A stretch of 64,000 nucleotides of DNA from the human T2T-CHM13v2.0 reference genome, Homo sapiens: NCBI RefSeq assembly GCF_009914755.1, contig NC_060931.1; one strand, given 5' to 3'. Shown piece by piece: positions 25,770-40,669 of this stretch; position 1 is the first letter of the stretch; every line of letters begins with the position of its first letter. A program made the translations under genes and the position numbers. Below the pieces are notes generated by a model. It did not search any database. It saw only the letters and a program-made list of their open reading frames with translations, and was not told where the DNA came from.

Positions 25770-27000
25770 ATACAACAATCAACTATTGAGCAACTAGGCA
25801 CCAAGTGCCATGCTCTGCCCACATGAAAGGACACATGCTCACAACACAAAAATGATAAAGACTGCATGCTTACATTTGCAGAGCGCAAAATCAGAATGGG
25901 GAGACAAACATGAGAAATATGCAATTACCCCAGAACACATGTTAGTGTAAAAGCACATCCCACATGCTACAGGAACACAGAGGAATAAAAGAGTTCACTT
26001 TACCTGGCAAAGCTGGACATACAGCAGCAGAGGAAGGAAAGGTTAAAATATGCAGCCTAGGTGTTTACAGGCAGAGGTAAGTGTGGAAGAGTACTGCAGT
26101 CAGAAGGAAATCACCTTTGTGCAATAGGCGTCCATTCATCTCCAGTATTTGCTTTCCCCTCCTGGAGTGGGGCAGGGTTGGGACTTTCTTCCTATCTCAT
26201 GAATGCTAGACTGGACGTGTGGGGTGCAAGCAGAGATGGCATGCAGCATTTCTGAAGAAAGTGCTAGTAGCCACCTTGTAGCTTGCCACGCTCTCTATTT
26301 TCTCTAACTAAAAAGGGTCAGAGAGGTGGCTCCATCAGCCATTGTTCTAGAGTGAAAGTGACAGGAATCAGAGTGGCAGCTGACCCATGAAGGACATGAG
26401 ACATGAGTGGGAAAGAAACCATTTGTTTTTATAACCCTTGGAGATTTGTTGCCTCGGCAGAGCCTGGCTCCCCAGTCTACCCTGACTCATCCTCTCTGCA
26501 GACAGAGGGCACAAAGATGTGAGAGTGTGGTGTTTTCAGGGAGCTCCCCTTCCCTTCACCCTGGGGCTGTATGATGGGCAATGAGGGAGCAAGTTTATGG
26601 AGGGGAGTAGGATCATATCACAGAGTCTTTTCTGATATGCTGAAGAGCCCACAGGCAATGGAGCTCATTTTTAAGTAGGGGTGTGACAAGAGTGAATGTG
26701 GTTTCTAAAGTGATTGGGAAGCCTGTATGGGTGCTCTTGTAGCTATCCAGAGAAGAGTCTTCAGGGAGGGCCAGAGAGAACAGAGGAAGGGAGGGTTCAG
26801 TGACCTCCAGCAGACAGATTGCATGTGGGAAAAGAAGAGGGGAGCTCAGTGAGTGAGGCACACCAAAGCAGGAGGAAAAGCACTTTGAAGGGGAGCTGAT
26901 GTGTTCAATTTTTGGAGCATTGAATTTGAGGTTCCTTCAGGACATCCATGTGACAACATCCAGTAGGTTTTTGGAAACATGTGTTTGGAATTGAGACAGC
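25770..27000 (-). mobile_element. L2 fragments with a probable MLT1 piece at ~26270-26480
   Basis: CTATTGAGCAACTAGGCACC; TTGAATTTGAGGTTCCTTCAGGACATCCATGTG..CAGTAGG. Confidence 0.55.
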
Positions 27001-27329
27001 ACTGAATTGAATTACTTTAACAGCTGAATTTTAGAAACCTTTAATCTTTTTCTTTTCAAGTATGGCCACTAGGAGTGATTTTGGCCCATTTAATAAAAAA
27101 TGAGGACAAGGATGTGAATTGATACACACAGTTGAGCCCAGTTTCTGTTCTAGATTGTAAGTCCCTAGTAACTTTCAGGGGCCTTCCCTGTATTCACTGG
27201 CCTTGGTTGTGAACTTTTTGTTAACTATTTTCTCTTTAACACAGATGCAAATGGACGAGTTAATCTTAGTCCACATTATCATTATTGATGCTTGAAGGTC
27301 CTCTTCTGTTGTGTTTTTGTAAAATGTTC

Positions 27330-29950
27330 TTTTACCTCCATTCCCCACTGCCAACTCCCACTTTTCTCAGGATCAGCCACTCTCATTTGGTAAATGTGTA
27401 CATTTTTATCTGTATGTGTCTTGAAGAATGTGCATGGGGGGGTCATGGCTTTTCATTTAGGTAGGCAATGTTGTGTTCTGTTTCAGTGTGATTCACGCTG
27501 GCTTTCCATGACATGTAGACAGAGGTTTTCCCGTCCCCTCTTCCATGATGTCACTCAGGTTGTGCTTCCTTCTTGCCATCACACTGATGCTGAAATGAAT
27601 ATCTATACACATTTACCTCATGTCCTTTCGCGTCCTTTGGTATGTATAAGTAAAAGTACAGTATGCATGATACATACATTCTTCATCTGACTTAGCACCA
27701 CCAGCTCACTCCTGGAATGGCTGCGCCGGTCCACTTTCCTCCATTCCTGCATGAATGTTTCTACATCCCCACATCCCTGCCTACACTTGGCATTATGCAG
27801 CTTTCTAGTCTTGGCCAATCCAGTAAATACTGTGATATTTCATCTAAAAATATTTCAATTTTAGTGACGACTAATGGATTTGGGCCTCTCTTCATGTTCT
27901 TGTTTGTGTCATCTTCCCTTTCTGTATTTCTAGTTCTTATAATTTGCCAGTTTCTTAAAAATAGAGATTGATACTTTATTATTTTTATTGTTTTATTGAT
28001 TTGCAGAATTTTCTTTTATGTTCTAGATAGCAACTTAGTATCAGTTTTACACCTGTTGTTATTGTCCCACAGTTCTTGGATATTCCGTTTCTCTCTCTCT
28101 TTTTTCTTTTTATTGTCTTTGCTTTTCACTCTGAGAAGTTTCTACTGATGTATCTTCAAACTTACTGGTTCTTTCTTCACCTGTGTCTGGTCTACCGATG
28201 AGCCTATCAAAGGCATTCTTCATTCCTGTCATCATGTGTTTAATTTCTAGTATTTCCTTTTTATTCTTTCTTAGCATTTTCATCTCTATGCTTACCTTAC
28301 GCATTTGTTCTAGCAGGTTGTCTACTTTTTCCATTTGCTCTTAGCATATTAATCATAGTTATTTTTATTCCTGGTCTGACAATTCCCAAATGTCTGTCAT
28401 GTTTGAGTCTGGTTCTGATGCTTGCTTTGTTTCTTCAGACTGAGTTTTTTGCCTTTTAGCACGCTGTGTAATTTTTAGTTGAGAGCTAGAAATGATGTAT
28501 TAGGTAAAAGGAACTGAGGTACATAGGTTTTTAGTGTCTTCATGGCTAGGAGTTAGGCTGTGTTTACTCTTTAAGTAGCTATAGATGTCAGAGGTCAAAA
28601 TTTCCTCTAGCATCCATGTCTTTGTCTCCCCTGTTGTCTTGGGTTTCTCTAAAGACTTCTTAAGTAGAGTCTAGCCTTGCAGCTCCTCCATTGTCATCCC
28701 TGCTGTTATGCAGGAACCCATTGCTGTGGTAGGAGAGTGTGCAGTGGAAGAGAATAATTCCACATACCTGTCATCAAGTCTCAGTTTCTCAATGAGCCTG
28801 TGTCCCTGGACTGCGATCTTCACAAGTGCTTCTCAACTTTTTCTCTTCCTGAAGGCAGACAGAAGGGCTAGAGGGATATGGTGTTTAGCATTTTCCTCTT
28901 CTCAGTTTGAAGGCTAGACAAGGCTGGAATTGTTTGTGGTTTTATTTTCCCACCCCACATTAGTTAGGTACTGGCAAAACCCAGGTGGTTTGGGCTTTGT
29001 CAAGATGGTTTTTCTTGCAGGAGGTCTTTGTGAAGGAGCACAGAATGCTCTGGGTGGGTTTCAACTCAGTTCGTTTTCCCTCCTCTGCCAGAGCATGAGG
29101 GGACATTTTTCTACCTTCACCCTGATAACCTGGTGGGGCTTCTAGGGGCAAAAGCAAGCCTAGGTCCCCAGGAGATCCTGTCACTCAAGCTAGTCCACAC
29201 TCAAGCTCCATATGCTAGCTGTAGGCTGCAGTGACAGCTTCTGCTCCCAGGAAGCTGTGATTCTCTGTATCTGCCTGGTTGTCTCTTCAATTTTCAATGT
29301 GGCAATTTGTCCTGTTACCTCAATTCTCTTATGGAGCTAAGAAAAGTTGTTGATTTTCCATTTGTTTAGCTTTTTTCTCATTCTGAAGACAGAAGGGATG
29401 ATGTTCAACATCTTTATATGTTGGACCAGACACTGGAAATTGCATATCACTTTTAGAGATCATAGATATCTTTTTTCATCCTGTCATGTTTCAGTTACCC
29501 ACAATTGTGCTTTATTGAACAGAAACCTTTAACTTGGATGCCATAATATTATCTGTTGTTTTGCCTTTGTGTTTGTTCTTTCAAATATTTTTCAAGAAGA
29601 CTTTCCCTGTCCCTAGGTAAAAAGATGCTCTCCTATTTTTTTTCTATTACTTTGTAATTTTACCTTTCACAACTGGAGCTGTAATACATCTGGAATCCAC
29701 CTTTTCATCTGGTATTCAATTTTGATTTGCCCCCCATAGCGAGCCAGTTTTCCCAATGGAATCTATGAAACAGTCCTTTCTTGCCCATTTGATTTATGGT
29801 ATATTAAGTTCCCACTTACACCTCCTCCTCTCTTCTGGGTCTATTCAGTTCCATTGGCCTACTTGTCTGTTCTCTTGCCAATGCTGCAGTGTTTTGATAC
29901 TATGTCAATAGCTGGTAGGAAATATTCCTCCTCTTTTTTTCTTTATTTTG
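27330..29950 (-). mobile_element. Old L1M fragments; ORF1/5' region at ~28060-29450 nested in L1ME-type ORF2 sequence
   Basis: ORF 28110-28334 'EILEIKHMMTGMKNAFDRLIGRPDTGEERTS' is L1M ORF1 coiled-coil-like. Confidence 0.7.
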
Positions 29951-31281
29951 ACTGTGTTATTCAGAAATGTACTTTTGAAGTAAATTACGTCTGGGTTTAT
30001 CTCTGTGCCTTGTTTCTCCTATCTTAAATAAAAAAGGAGCACTGAGATTCGTTTAAGACAATCTTTCCAACAAGCACATGCTTTCCTTTGTGTATAAAGA
30101 CCCAGCTGTTACTGCAGCATGGGTAGGACCTGCAGTTCAGGCTGTTTTTGCGGCAGCCCCATGGTGAGCCCGTCACTCCTGAGCCAGGGCTGTGCACTCG
30201 GGACAGAGATGGCTGAGGTGACTGATAGCAAGGAGAGGGATCTTCTGTTGAGGATGACTTCTTGGATTCTTTGGCATCATTCTTTGCAAATAAGCTAGGC
30301 AGCCTAAAAAGCCTCTACTTTTGGAGGCCATCTAATGTAACTAGTGTATCTTTTAGGTAAAAACACTGAGGTCCTGCAATGCATGGTTATTCCCCAAGAT
30401 CTCACAGCTTCCTTATGACAGACCAAGAATCAGACCTTCTCATTGATTCTTAGTTTATTGCTTCAACCACCCACTGTACCATATGGCGTCCTTCAGTGAA
30501 CAGGGAAGGTGGAAGTTCAAGTGCTAAATTCTGAGAAATGTCTACAGATAAGTGTGCTGTTCATTTTGTTTCCAGTGGATGAACGGGAGTGTGATGCATG
30601 CTTCAAGTGAACCGTCAAACATGAAATCAAGACCTGACTTCCAGTCACAAGTTGGAATTTCTTTTCTTGTTTACTGACAACTTTAGGCATCTTGGGTTTC
30701 AGTATTTCAGTAAAATAAGGTAGATTTCAAGGCCTACTGCAAATATTTTGAGGACAGCAAAACTGTGACAGCAGGAAAAGGACCAAATTAGAAGCTGCAG
30801 TGACCTCGCTGCCCTACTATTGACAAATGACTAATTGATTCTGTACACACAGCTGCTAGAACCAAAGCGTGGACACAAGGCTAGCCGCATTGTTAACATA
30901 AACCGTGTATCATTAAGAGTTAATATGTGGTTTCCTTTAAACAAAGAGGCTACTCCAGATGACAGAGATATTCATCAAATGGTAGCCGTAATGGAAAAGA
31001 CAGGATATCATGTTGCTTTCTATTAAGGAAAATAATTACCTAGAAATAACAGCACATCAAGACAATATATATTTTATTTACTATAAATAATATCATTAGA
31101 CTATTTTTTAATGTCTTATGGTCCATCTACCCTAAGAAAATTGCCATTTATGCTTTTCAGTTTCTCTTTGTTTACATGAATACATATTTTACACAGTTGT
31201 AATCTTAGTTTACATACTACTTTAAATTCTTCTTTCCAAGCTCAGACGATATTATTAGCAACTATATTGCTTGGTGATTTA

Positions 31282-31587
31282 TTTTATTTATTTATTTATT
31301 TATTTTGAGACAGAGTCTTGCTCTGTTGCCCAGGCTGGAGTGCAATGGTGTGATCTCGGCTCACTGCAACCTCCACCTCCTGAGTTCAAGTAATTCTCCT
31401 GCCTAAGCCTCCTGAGTAGCTGGCACTACAGGCGTGTACCACCTTGCCTGGCTAATTTTTGTATTTTTAGTAAAGGCAAGGTTTCATCATGTTGGCCAAG
31501 CTGGTCTCAAACTCCTGACCTCAGGTGATCCACCCACCTTGGCCTCCCAGCATGCTGGGATTACAGGTGTGAGCCACTGCGCCCTGC
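31282..31587 (-). mobile_element. AluSx-like with (TTTA)n tail
   Basis: TSD TGCTTGGTGATTTA at 31268-31281 and 31588-31601. Confidence 0.95.
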
Positions 31588-32039
31588 TGCTTGGTGATTT
31601 AATTTAGAATTATTGTGTGTGTTTGAATGTTACTTGCAGTGTGGCAAGAAAATTCTTTTGTAACTTTACTAGAACTGACCAGTACCACAGACTGGACCAC
31701 ACAGCTGATTTTAGCCTGGGCAAAGAGGTCTTGGTCTTAATCCAACATGGACAGACTCAGGAAGTCACTCTCCCCGGCTCTGTTCAAGTGGCACAGAGGG
31801 GCCCAGGGCTCTGCCCGACGATGTACAGAAAAAGTCTTGGTCTTGAGGAATCTTCCCTTTATAGGCAGACAGCATTTCAAGTAATCTGTGTGAAATCAGT
31901 GCATTTCTCTTTCTTCATTCGGATGAAGTGACACTAAGCAGGAAAGTCTTTCAGGTTTGTGCAATCTGTAGAGAGCAGGCTGGTGATTCTTACCCGGTCT
32001 CAAGCTATTTGATGAGAAGGGTCTTCAAATTTGATCCTA

Positions 32040-32500
32040 ATATTAAGGATGTGGTAGAAACTCTGTATCAAAATCTTTATTACAGCATTATTTATAATAA
32101 TGAAGAATTAGAAATAAATATCCAACCATACAGAACATATTGTTTATTAAAATGATGATATTTTAAGAAGCTATATAAAAGGTTGTTTTTAAATGCAAAT
32201 AATGACATAAAGAAATATTTATGTTGAACAAGAAAAGATATTGGAATGCAAAATCCCATCTAAACAATGATCCTAGATACATTACAAATTTTTATCAGGG
32301 AATAAGTGGTTGATGTGTTTGTGCTATGTATATCTATGTGTATATGCACATAAAAATAATTCCCAGAAAATATCTGAATTTTCACATCTGTATTGCAAAT
32401 TTATGGGCTATTTAAATACATTTTTCTATATAAGCTTATAAAATTCAAGATTGACTATAGTTGGTATGTATTACTTTTAGAACTAGGATTTTTTAAAAAG
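32040..32500 (+). mobile_element. Old L1 (L1ME-like) 3' fragment
   Basis: TTTATTACAGCATTATTTATAATA..AAATATCCAACCATA. Confidence 0.55.
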
Positions 32501-32719
32501 GTATTTAAAAATACCTAAATCATTTTTTGCTGCTAAAGGTGAATAGAGTAAGTGCAAGACACTGCTAATATCAGCAGGATCCAGCTTCTCTCAATAGCCC
32601 CACGGTAGAGGCAAGTTCCATCAAACCAGCCACTGCACAAAGCAGTTATGACTACCGACCAACTAAGGGACTAGCGTGTTTAACGTACCTTATGTAGGAA
32701 CTTACTTATGTAGGATTGT

Positions 32720-33255
32720 AGAATCACATCACCAGGCCTAGGCATGAGTATGAACGGAGGCTCACATAATATACATTTAAATGTTTTATAGTTTTAAACC
32801 AAACTAACTCTTAAATAAGGTGTGTTTCATTCTCCTGTCTTGACAAGTGTACCTCCTTAATTATCTGAAAGCTGAGTACAATTTAGAGTTTGAGAATTCC
32901 TCAGAAGCCTAAGACTGCATGGGAATTGGCAGCACAGCAGAACTGGGCTGTGGCCTCCCTCCTCTTGTCCCAGCCCGTGCCCTCATAGTCAGGCCTGGTG
33001 TGCACCTATGAGGTCAACATGGCCTTCAGTTCCAAACTCTGTTCTCACCTCCGTGAGTGACCACCCCTTGGTGATCCCTACCCCTAAGGTGTCACACTGT
33101 TGCGGAAAAGCCTGTGATAGACCCCTCCAGGCCCCTGGAAGTGGGTTCCTGGGTACCCAGGCCCTGGATTCCTAGAGCATGCTCCAGAGAGAAGGCAGGT
33201 ACCTCTTCCCAATGTGGAGAAATGCTAGTAGGAGGCCAGAGCCAAGTGTGGCTCA
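32720..33255. mobile_element. MER115/Zaphod-like hAT-Tip100 terminal region
   Basis: TTAAATAAGG..TCTCCTGTCTTGACAAGTGTACCTCC..TTTAGAG..AATTCCTC followed by a GC-rich subterminal tract, resembling the recalled MER115 consensus. Confidence 0.5.
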
Positions 33256-33259
33256 GTAT

Positions 33260-34770
33260 ATCAGCCATCTTGGTAAATGTTTCATATGTGCTTAATAAGA
33301 ATGCCTAATCTGTTGTTGATGGAGTATTCACTTATATCGATTAGGTCAAGTTGGTTGATCATATTGTTCAGGTCTTTTCTGCCCTTATTCATTTTCTATC
33401 TACTTGCTGTAACAATTGCTGAAAGAAGAGTCACCAGGCATAATTATGATTTTGTTATTTCTCCTTTCAGTTCTATCTGGTTTTGCTTTACATATTTTGA
33501 AGATCTGTTGTTCAGTGCATACATAGTTAGGTTTGTTATATCTTCTTTGTAAATTAAACTTTTTGCCGTTATGTAATATCCCTCTTTATCCCTGATAAAG
33601 GTTCTTGCTCTGAAGTATTAAACATAGTTGGGGCTCATTTTTTAAGTCAAATCTGACAACCTAATTTTAATTAGCATGTTTAGACTATTTTAATTTAATG
33701 TAATTATTGATGTGTTTGAAAGTATACTTTATTATTTCTCTTCCATTTTTTATTTTTTCACTCCTTTTCCCAATTACTTTTTTTTTTTTTTGCTTTTATT
33801 TTTAATTTACACTTTGGATTTGGGTCTGTACATCATTTTATTTTAGTTGTTCTAGGGATTGCATTATAAACAGCTAACATTTCACAGTCTAATCAGTTCT
33901 GGAGATGGTGTTCTTTGACTTTATCCTACTAGGGATTAGCTGGGCTTCTCGAGCCTATAAATTTATGTAATTCATTAACTTTCAGAAGTTTTAAACATAT
34001 TTCTTTAAATAGTTTTTTGCACCAATCTCTTTCTCCTCTCATCTGGGACTCCAAAGACATAAATGTTAGTTCTTCTGATATGATACCATAGGTGTCTGGA
34101 GCACAACCCAAGGCTGCTGGCTTGGATTTTTAAAAATCCTTTTTAAAAGGGATTTTAAAAATTCCTTTCTCTCTGCATTCTTCAGATTGGTAATTTCTAC
34201 AATATGCTGTCAAGTTCACCAATTATTTTCCTTTTTAAAATTCCATTCTGCTAATAAAATAGTTCTTTAATTTCAGATATTATATTTTTTAGTTGTAAAA
34301 TTTTTACTTTGTTCCTTTTCATAATTTTTTTTCTGGTCAAGTAATATTACTTTGTATTCTAAACATTTTCAAAATTATAGTGTCTAGACCGAATCCTGTT
34401 AATATCCTCTGGAGAATGTTAATTATTTGTTTTCACAGACAATTCACCTAGTTGTATTTAGACTGAAAGTTCTTTCTCACCTTCTTTGATATTGGTTTAG
34501 TTTTCAATGTTGCTGCTATACTCCTTGGCTCTGTCTTGCACAGGTACAGTTCAGGAATGAGTCTGGGCTCTGCCCCACCTAGTACACAGAATTAGATGAC
34601 TCCCTTCTCCAGCTCTCTCCTATCTGAGATTTGCTCACAGGAACCCCTTTCCCGGTCCTCTCAACAGAAAGCTCTGGTTTCCCTCAGAACTTTAGCTGCT
34701 AAATACATTAAAGAAGTCAGTGTGAAAGCAGAATTATAAATCTCAGGTAGGAAGTCCCCAGTAAGTAGGT
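33260..34770 (-). mobile_element. Old L1M fragments (EN/ORF1 region)
   Basis: TTAGGTCAAGTTGGTTGAT..TTTCTCCTTTCAGTTCTATC..TATTTTGAAG. Confidence 0.7.
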
Positions 34771-35138
34771 TGCTGTGGTTTGAATGTGTCCCCCAAAAAG
34801 CATGTGTTGGAAAATTAATCCCTAATGCAACAGTGTGGGGAGGTGGGGCCTGATGAGAGGTGATTAGGCCATGAGGGTTCCACTTCATGAGTGGATTAAT
34901 GCTCTCATTGCAGGAGCTGGTTCATTATAAAGGGGCAAGTTCAGCGCCTTCACTCTCATGCGTGCATAGGCTCTTGCCTTTCCACTGTGGGATGACACAG
35001 CAAGAAGGCCCTCACAAGATGCTAGCCCCTTGATCTTGGACTTCTTAGCTTCTAGAACCATAAGACATAAATTCATGTTTATTATTAATTGGTTACTCTC
35101 AGATATTTTGTTACAGTATCACAAAATGGACTAAGACA
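34771..35138 (+). mobile_element. MST-type MaLR solo LTR (MSTC/MSTD-like)
   Basis: TGCTGTGGTTTGAATGTGTCCCC..GGACTAAGACA; 5-bp TSD TAGGT/TAGAT. Confidence 0.85.
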
Positions 35139-35339
35139 TAGATCTTTTACTAAGTACTTTCTTCTCCAATTCATTGCACAGATCTCTTCTTTCCTGACAA
35201 GGCTCACTCTCCAGGTATTAAAATTTATTTTTTTCTCCCTCTGTAACCTAAATACTATCTCCTGCTTCTCTTTTAAGACCAGTCAAGCATCATCTCTTGT
35301 AGAGTAACTCTCTCAGGAAGTATTCTCCAGAGCCTTGTC

Positions 35340-36800
35340 TCCAGCTCCCTAAGCATGATGCCTCAGTACCCTCGACTTCTACACATATCCATTTGTTTTG
35401 TCTAAATTGCAACCTGGTGCAGTTTAGATATGCTCCATTTGATGGATTTGTGGATTTTAAAATCTGCTTTTAACTCTATTAACTGTCACAAATGGATAAG
35501 TGACTTATAGACACTCCTGAAAAGAAAATTAATATTGAGGAGAATACTAATAAAGAACACAAACAGTTACAAAATGACAAGACTGCTCTTGCCAGGACAA
35601 ATTTTCATCAAGCGCATTAACAATGAAATACACCCTGAATAGTTTTCCCCTAAGTGATGTCAAGGCATTATTCATCACATTTTATAAGACACTTTAAAAC
35701 TAGGCATCCAGAATGAAGATAAATCTTTTCTATTTGTTTTTCAACAAAGTTTAATTCAAAGGTAATTCAATCCAGTAGTTTGAAAAATTTCACTTAGCTA
35801 TGATAATGATTTAGAAGTCTCATTTTAAGTTTTTTATTTAATAATAAAAGACAAAATGACACATATTCAGGTTTAATGTTTATTCTTACCACTGCAGTGA
35901 AAAAGATAGTTAAAATGATAAATGATGATTATAATACAATAAGCCAAAAGCTTATCTTTGTCAACAAATATATGTAGAAAACAGAAAATATTGCTGAAAA
36001 TATGAAGTAATAAGTATTAGAACAAACAAATTCTAGGAATTTTATTGTGCAGTAGTGCTGATGTTTTGACATATATCAGGTTTATGATATTTACTGGATT
36101 CTTTTCAAAAATACAGTAAATTAAGAACTTCTTGTGAGTCATAAAGATGACTGAAAAAAGACATATTCTCAATATTATTTTTGAAGATGAAAGCAATATT
36201 TCATTAAAAACTGTGTGGAGATGAGCCAATATTAGTGGTCGATTTTACTAGATATAAATAAGGATCATAGAATAAGGTTATAGAAATAATATCACTCATG
36301 AATTCATTCATTTTGTGGCCTGAAAGCAAAGTGTTGCAGCGAAGAAACTGAATCCAGAAGTACACAAAGTATAATATGATGTAAACAAGGTAGTTCCTAT
36401 TACAAAAATGACCTTTAATATATAGGAGAATCTTCACAATGATTTATAATGGCATGGAGAGAGACAATGAAAATGTTTATGCAACATACATATGAGCTGT
36501 GCCACAGACATGCCAAAGTATTTTCAAAAACTTCTACATTTCAATACTAGTTGTGCATTTGCTGATATTTTAAAATAAGTAGCTGTGAGTAGCATGTTGT
36601 CAAGCAGATAATTTTTTTAAATGAATATACAAAATCAGCTCATTCCAGGTGAAGTCATATTTTTAAGTTGTTATGATGCCATGATTTTAAAACATCATGT
36701 TTTAATTACATCTATTGTTACAATTTTCTGAAAGCTCATGCTATCTATTAAAACAAGTCATTTTCAAAAAGTTTTAAAACTTAAAAATGAAATTTCAACT
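35340..36800 (+). mobile_element. Probable decayed hAT transposon internal region
   Basis: AT-rich, coding-like but stop-riddled sequence near the MER115-like end; no intact ORF. Confidence 0.35.
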
Positions 36801-36809
36801 TGTTTGGAA

Positions 36810-37090
36810 AGAATCAAGGCCAAGAGAAGCCTAAGAAGATGTGACAAATAAATGTAATGTGATACCCTATATGGAATTCTAGAACAGAAAAAAAAGACAT
36901 TACATGAAAACTAACTAAGTGTGAAAGAAGTATAGATCTTATCAGTTCATTAATTGTAACACATGAAATGACTAATGTAGGATGTTAACAGGAAAAATTG
37001 GATGCAGGGTATGTGGGAAGTCTCTGTATTATCTTTACGATTTTGCTGTAAATTTAAAATTGCTCTAAAAATAAAATGTATTTTAAATAT
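36810..37090 (+). mobile_element. L1MC/L1MD-type 3' end
   Basis: AAATGTAATGTG..GGAATTCTAGAACAGAAAA..CTCTGTATTATCTTT..CTAAAAATAAAA. Confidence 0.75.
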
Positions 37091-37099
37091 CTTCTAAAT

Positions 37100-38935
37100 G
37101 AAGTTTTCATCATGTAACCACCCTCATAATCAATATACAGAATACTTTTATCATACCTAAAAACTTCCCATGCCCTTTTTGCCATGAGTCCGCTTCTCCT
37201 ATCCCAGCTCCTGGAAACCACTGACTTGATATTTGTCCCTATAATTGTGCCTTTTCCAGAATGTCATGTAGATATGATAATACAGTATGAATCATAGAAT
37301 ACGTAGCATTTCATGTTTTCCATTAGCATGATGGTTTTTAAATGTATTCTTGTTGATGCATGTATCAGTAGTTCCTTTATTTTTATTACTGAGCACATTG
37401 CTGGTTGTAACTCAAATTGTTTATACATTCACCACTTGATAATTGTTTGGGTTGTTTCCAGTTTGGGGCTATTATGAATAAAGCTAAAATAACCTTTCAT
37501 ATACAGGGTTTTGTGTAGACATGTGTTTTCATTTCTAGAGTGTGTTTTCAAATACCTAGAATAAAGATTGGTGGGTCACATGTTAACTGAATGTGTAACT
37601 TTATAAGAAACTGCCAAATTGTTTTCCAAAATGTCTGTCCTAGTTTGACTTCTGACAAACAAAATATGAGTTCCTTCTCTTGGTGTGGTTTTTTGGTTGT
37701 TGTTAATTTTTAATTTTTGTATGTACATAGCGGGTGTATATATATATTTATGGGCAATGTGAGATATTTTGATACAGGCATGCACTGCATAATAATCACA
37801 TTGGGTAAATGGCATATCCATCACTTCAAGCATTTATCCTTTGTGTTACAAAAAATCCAGTTAAGTTCTTTTAGTTATTTTTAAATGTACAATTAAATTA
37901 TTTTTTAATATAGTCACCCTATTGTGCTAGCAAATACTATGTCTTATTCTTGCCAGCAATCAATATTGAAAATAGTTTTCATTTTAGCCAAACCAGTAGA
38001 TTGTTGTGTTTTAATGTGTATTTCCCAAATGAATCTAATGTAAGAATATATATGAATGGCAAGTAAGCTCATGGAAAGATTCTCAACATCTAATGATCCA
38101 GATCTTCACAAAGTATAATATATCAACAAGGTAATTCCTATTACAAAAATGACCATTAAGATATAGAAGAATCTTTCCACTAATTTATTATGGCATGGAG
38201 AGAGACAATGAAAATATTTATGTAACACACACATGAGCTCTGCCACAGATATCTCATGACGAAGTATTTTCAAAAACTTCTAAAATTCGATATAGTGAAC
38301 AATCTAATGATGTGGAGAATCTTTCCATGGGCTTACTTGCCGTTCATATACATTCTTTCGTGAAGTGTCCAAGTCTTTTGCCCAGTTTTAAATAGGATTG
38401 TCTCTTATTATTAGATTTTGAATGTTCTTTATGTGTTATGAATACAATTTTTTACCATATATATGGGTTTTTAAAAAAAGCATTTTCTTCCAATCTGTGG
38501 CTTGTCTTTAATCTGTGGCTTGTCTTTTTATTTTATTAACAATGTCTTTTAAAAAGCATAACTTAAATTTTTGTTAATGTCTGATTTATTAGTATTTTTC
38601 TTTTTATGGTTTGTGCTTATGCTCTAAAATATTTGCCCAGCTTAAGTTCCAAAGATTTTTCTCATATACTTAATTCTTAAAGTTTTAAAATTTTTATCTC
38701 ATACATTTAGGTTTATGATCCATTATGCATTAATTTTTTTGTATGTAGGACAAGATAAGAATTCAGTTCTACTTTTTTTCTTTTCTTTCATGTTTCCTTT
38801 TCTTTCTTCCTTCTTTTTATATAAAAAAATTGATGTCCAATTACTCCAGTACCATTTTTGATGCTATTTTCCCTCATTGAGTTACTTTGAAACATTTGTT
38901 GAAAGTAAAATAAGCATGGATGTATGGATCTAGTG
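37100..38935 (-). mobile_element. Old L1M 3'/ORF2 fragments with a nested L1MA 3' end (~37690-37950)
   Basis: GGTTGTTTCCAGTTTGGGGCTATTATGAATAAAGCT; TGAGATATTTTGATACAGGCATGCA. Confidence 0.8.
38096..38292 (+). repeat. Dispersed direct copy of 36352-36546
   Basis: Shared blocks CACAAAGTATAATAT, TTCCTATTACAAAAATGACC, TGGCATGGAGAGAGACAATGAAAAT, AAGTATTTTCAAAAACTTCTA. Confidence 0.95.
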
Positions 38936-38999
38936 ACTTGAAGCATAGGTAAGCCCACTGCAGGGTGAATACTATTTATTTTTGTTTTTTTCTCTTCTA

Positions 39000-40660
<1,661 letters not shown>

Positions 40661-40669
40661 ATTAAACCT

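Noticed and set aside
30540-31030. Plus-strand exon after TTCATTTTGTTTCCAG, and the 30835-31026 ORF
   Set aside because: There is only an acceptor-like site with a weak donor and no recognisable coding signal, which is not enough support.
38042-38357. A new MITE family with 49-bp terminal inverted repeats
   Set aside because: The right arm is native collinear L1 sequence lying outside the 9-bp direct repeat, and the cargo is a local copy. Templated repair explains this better.
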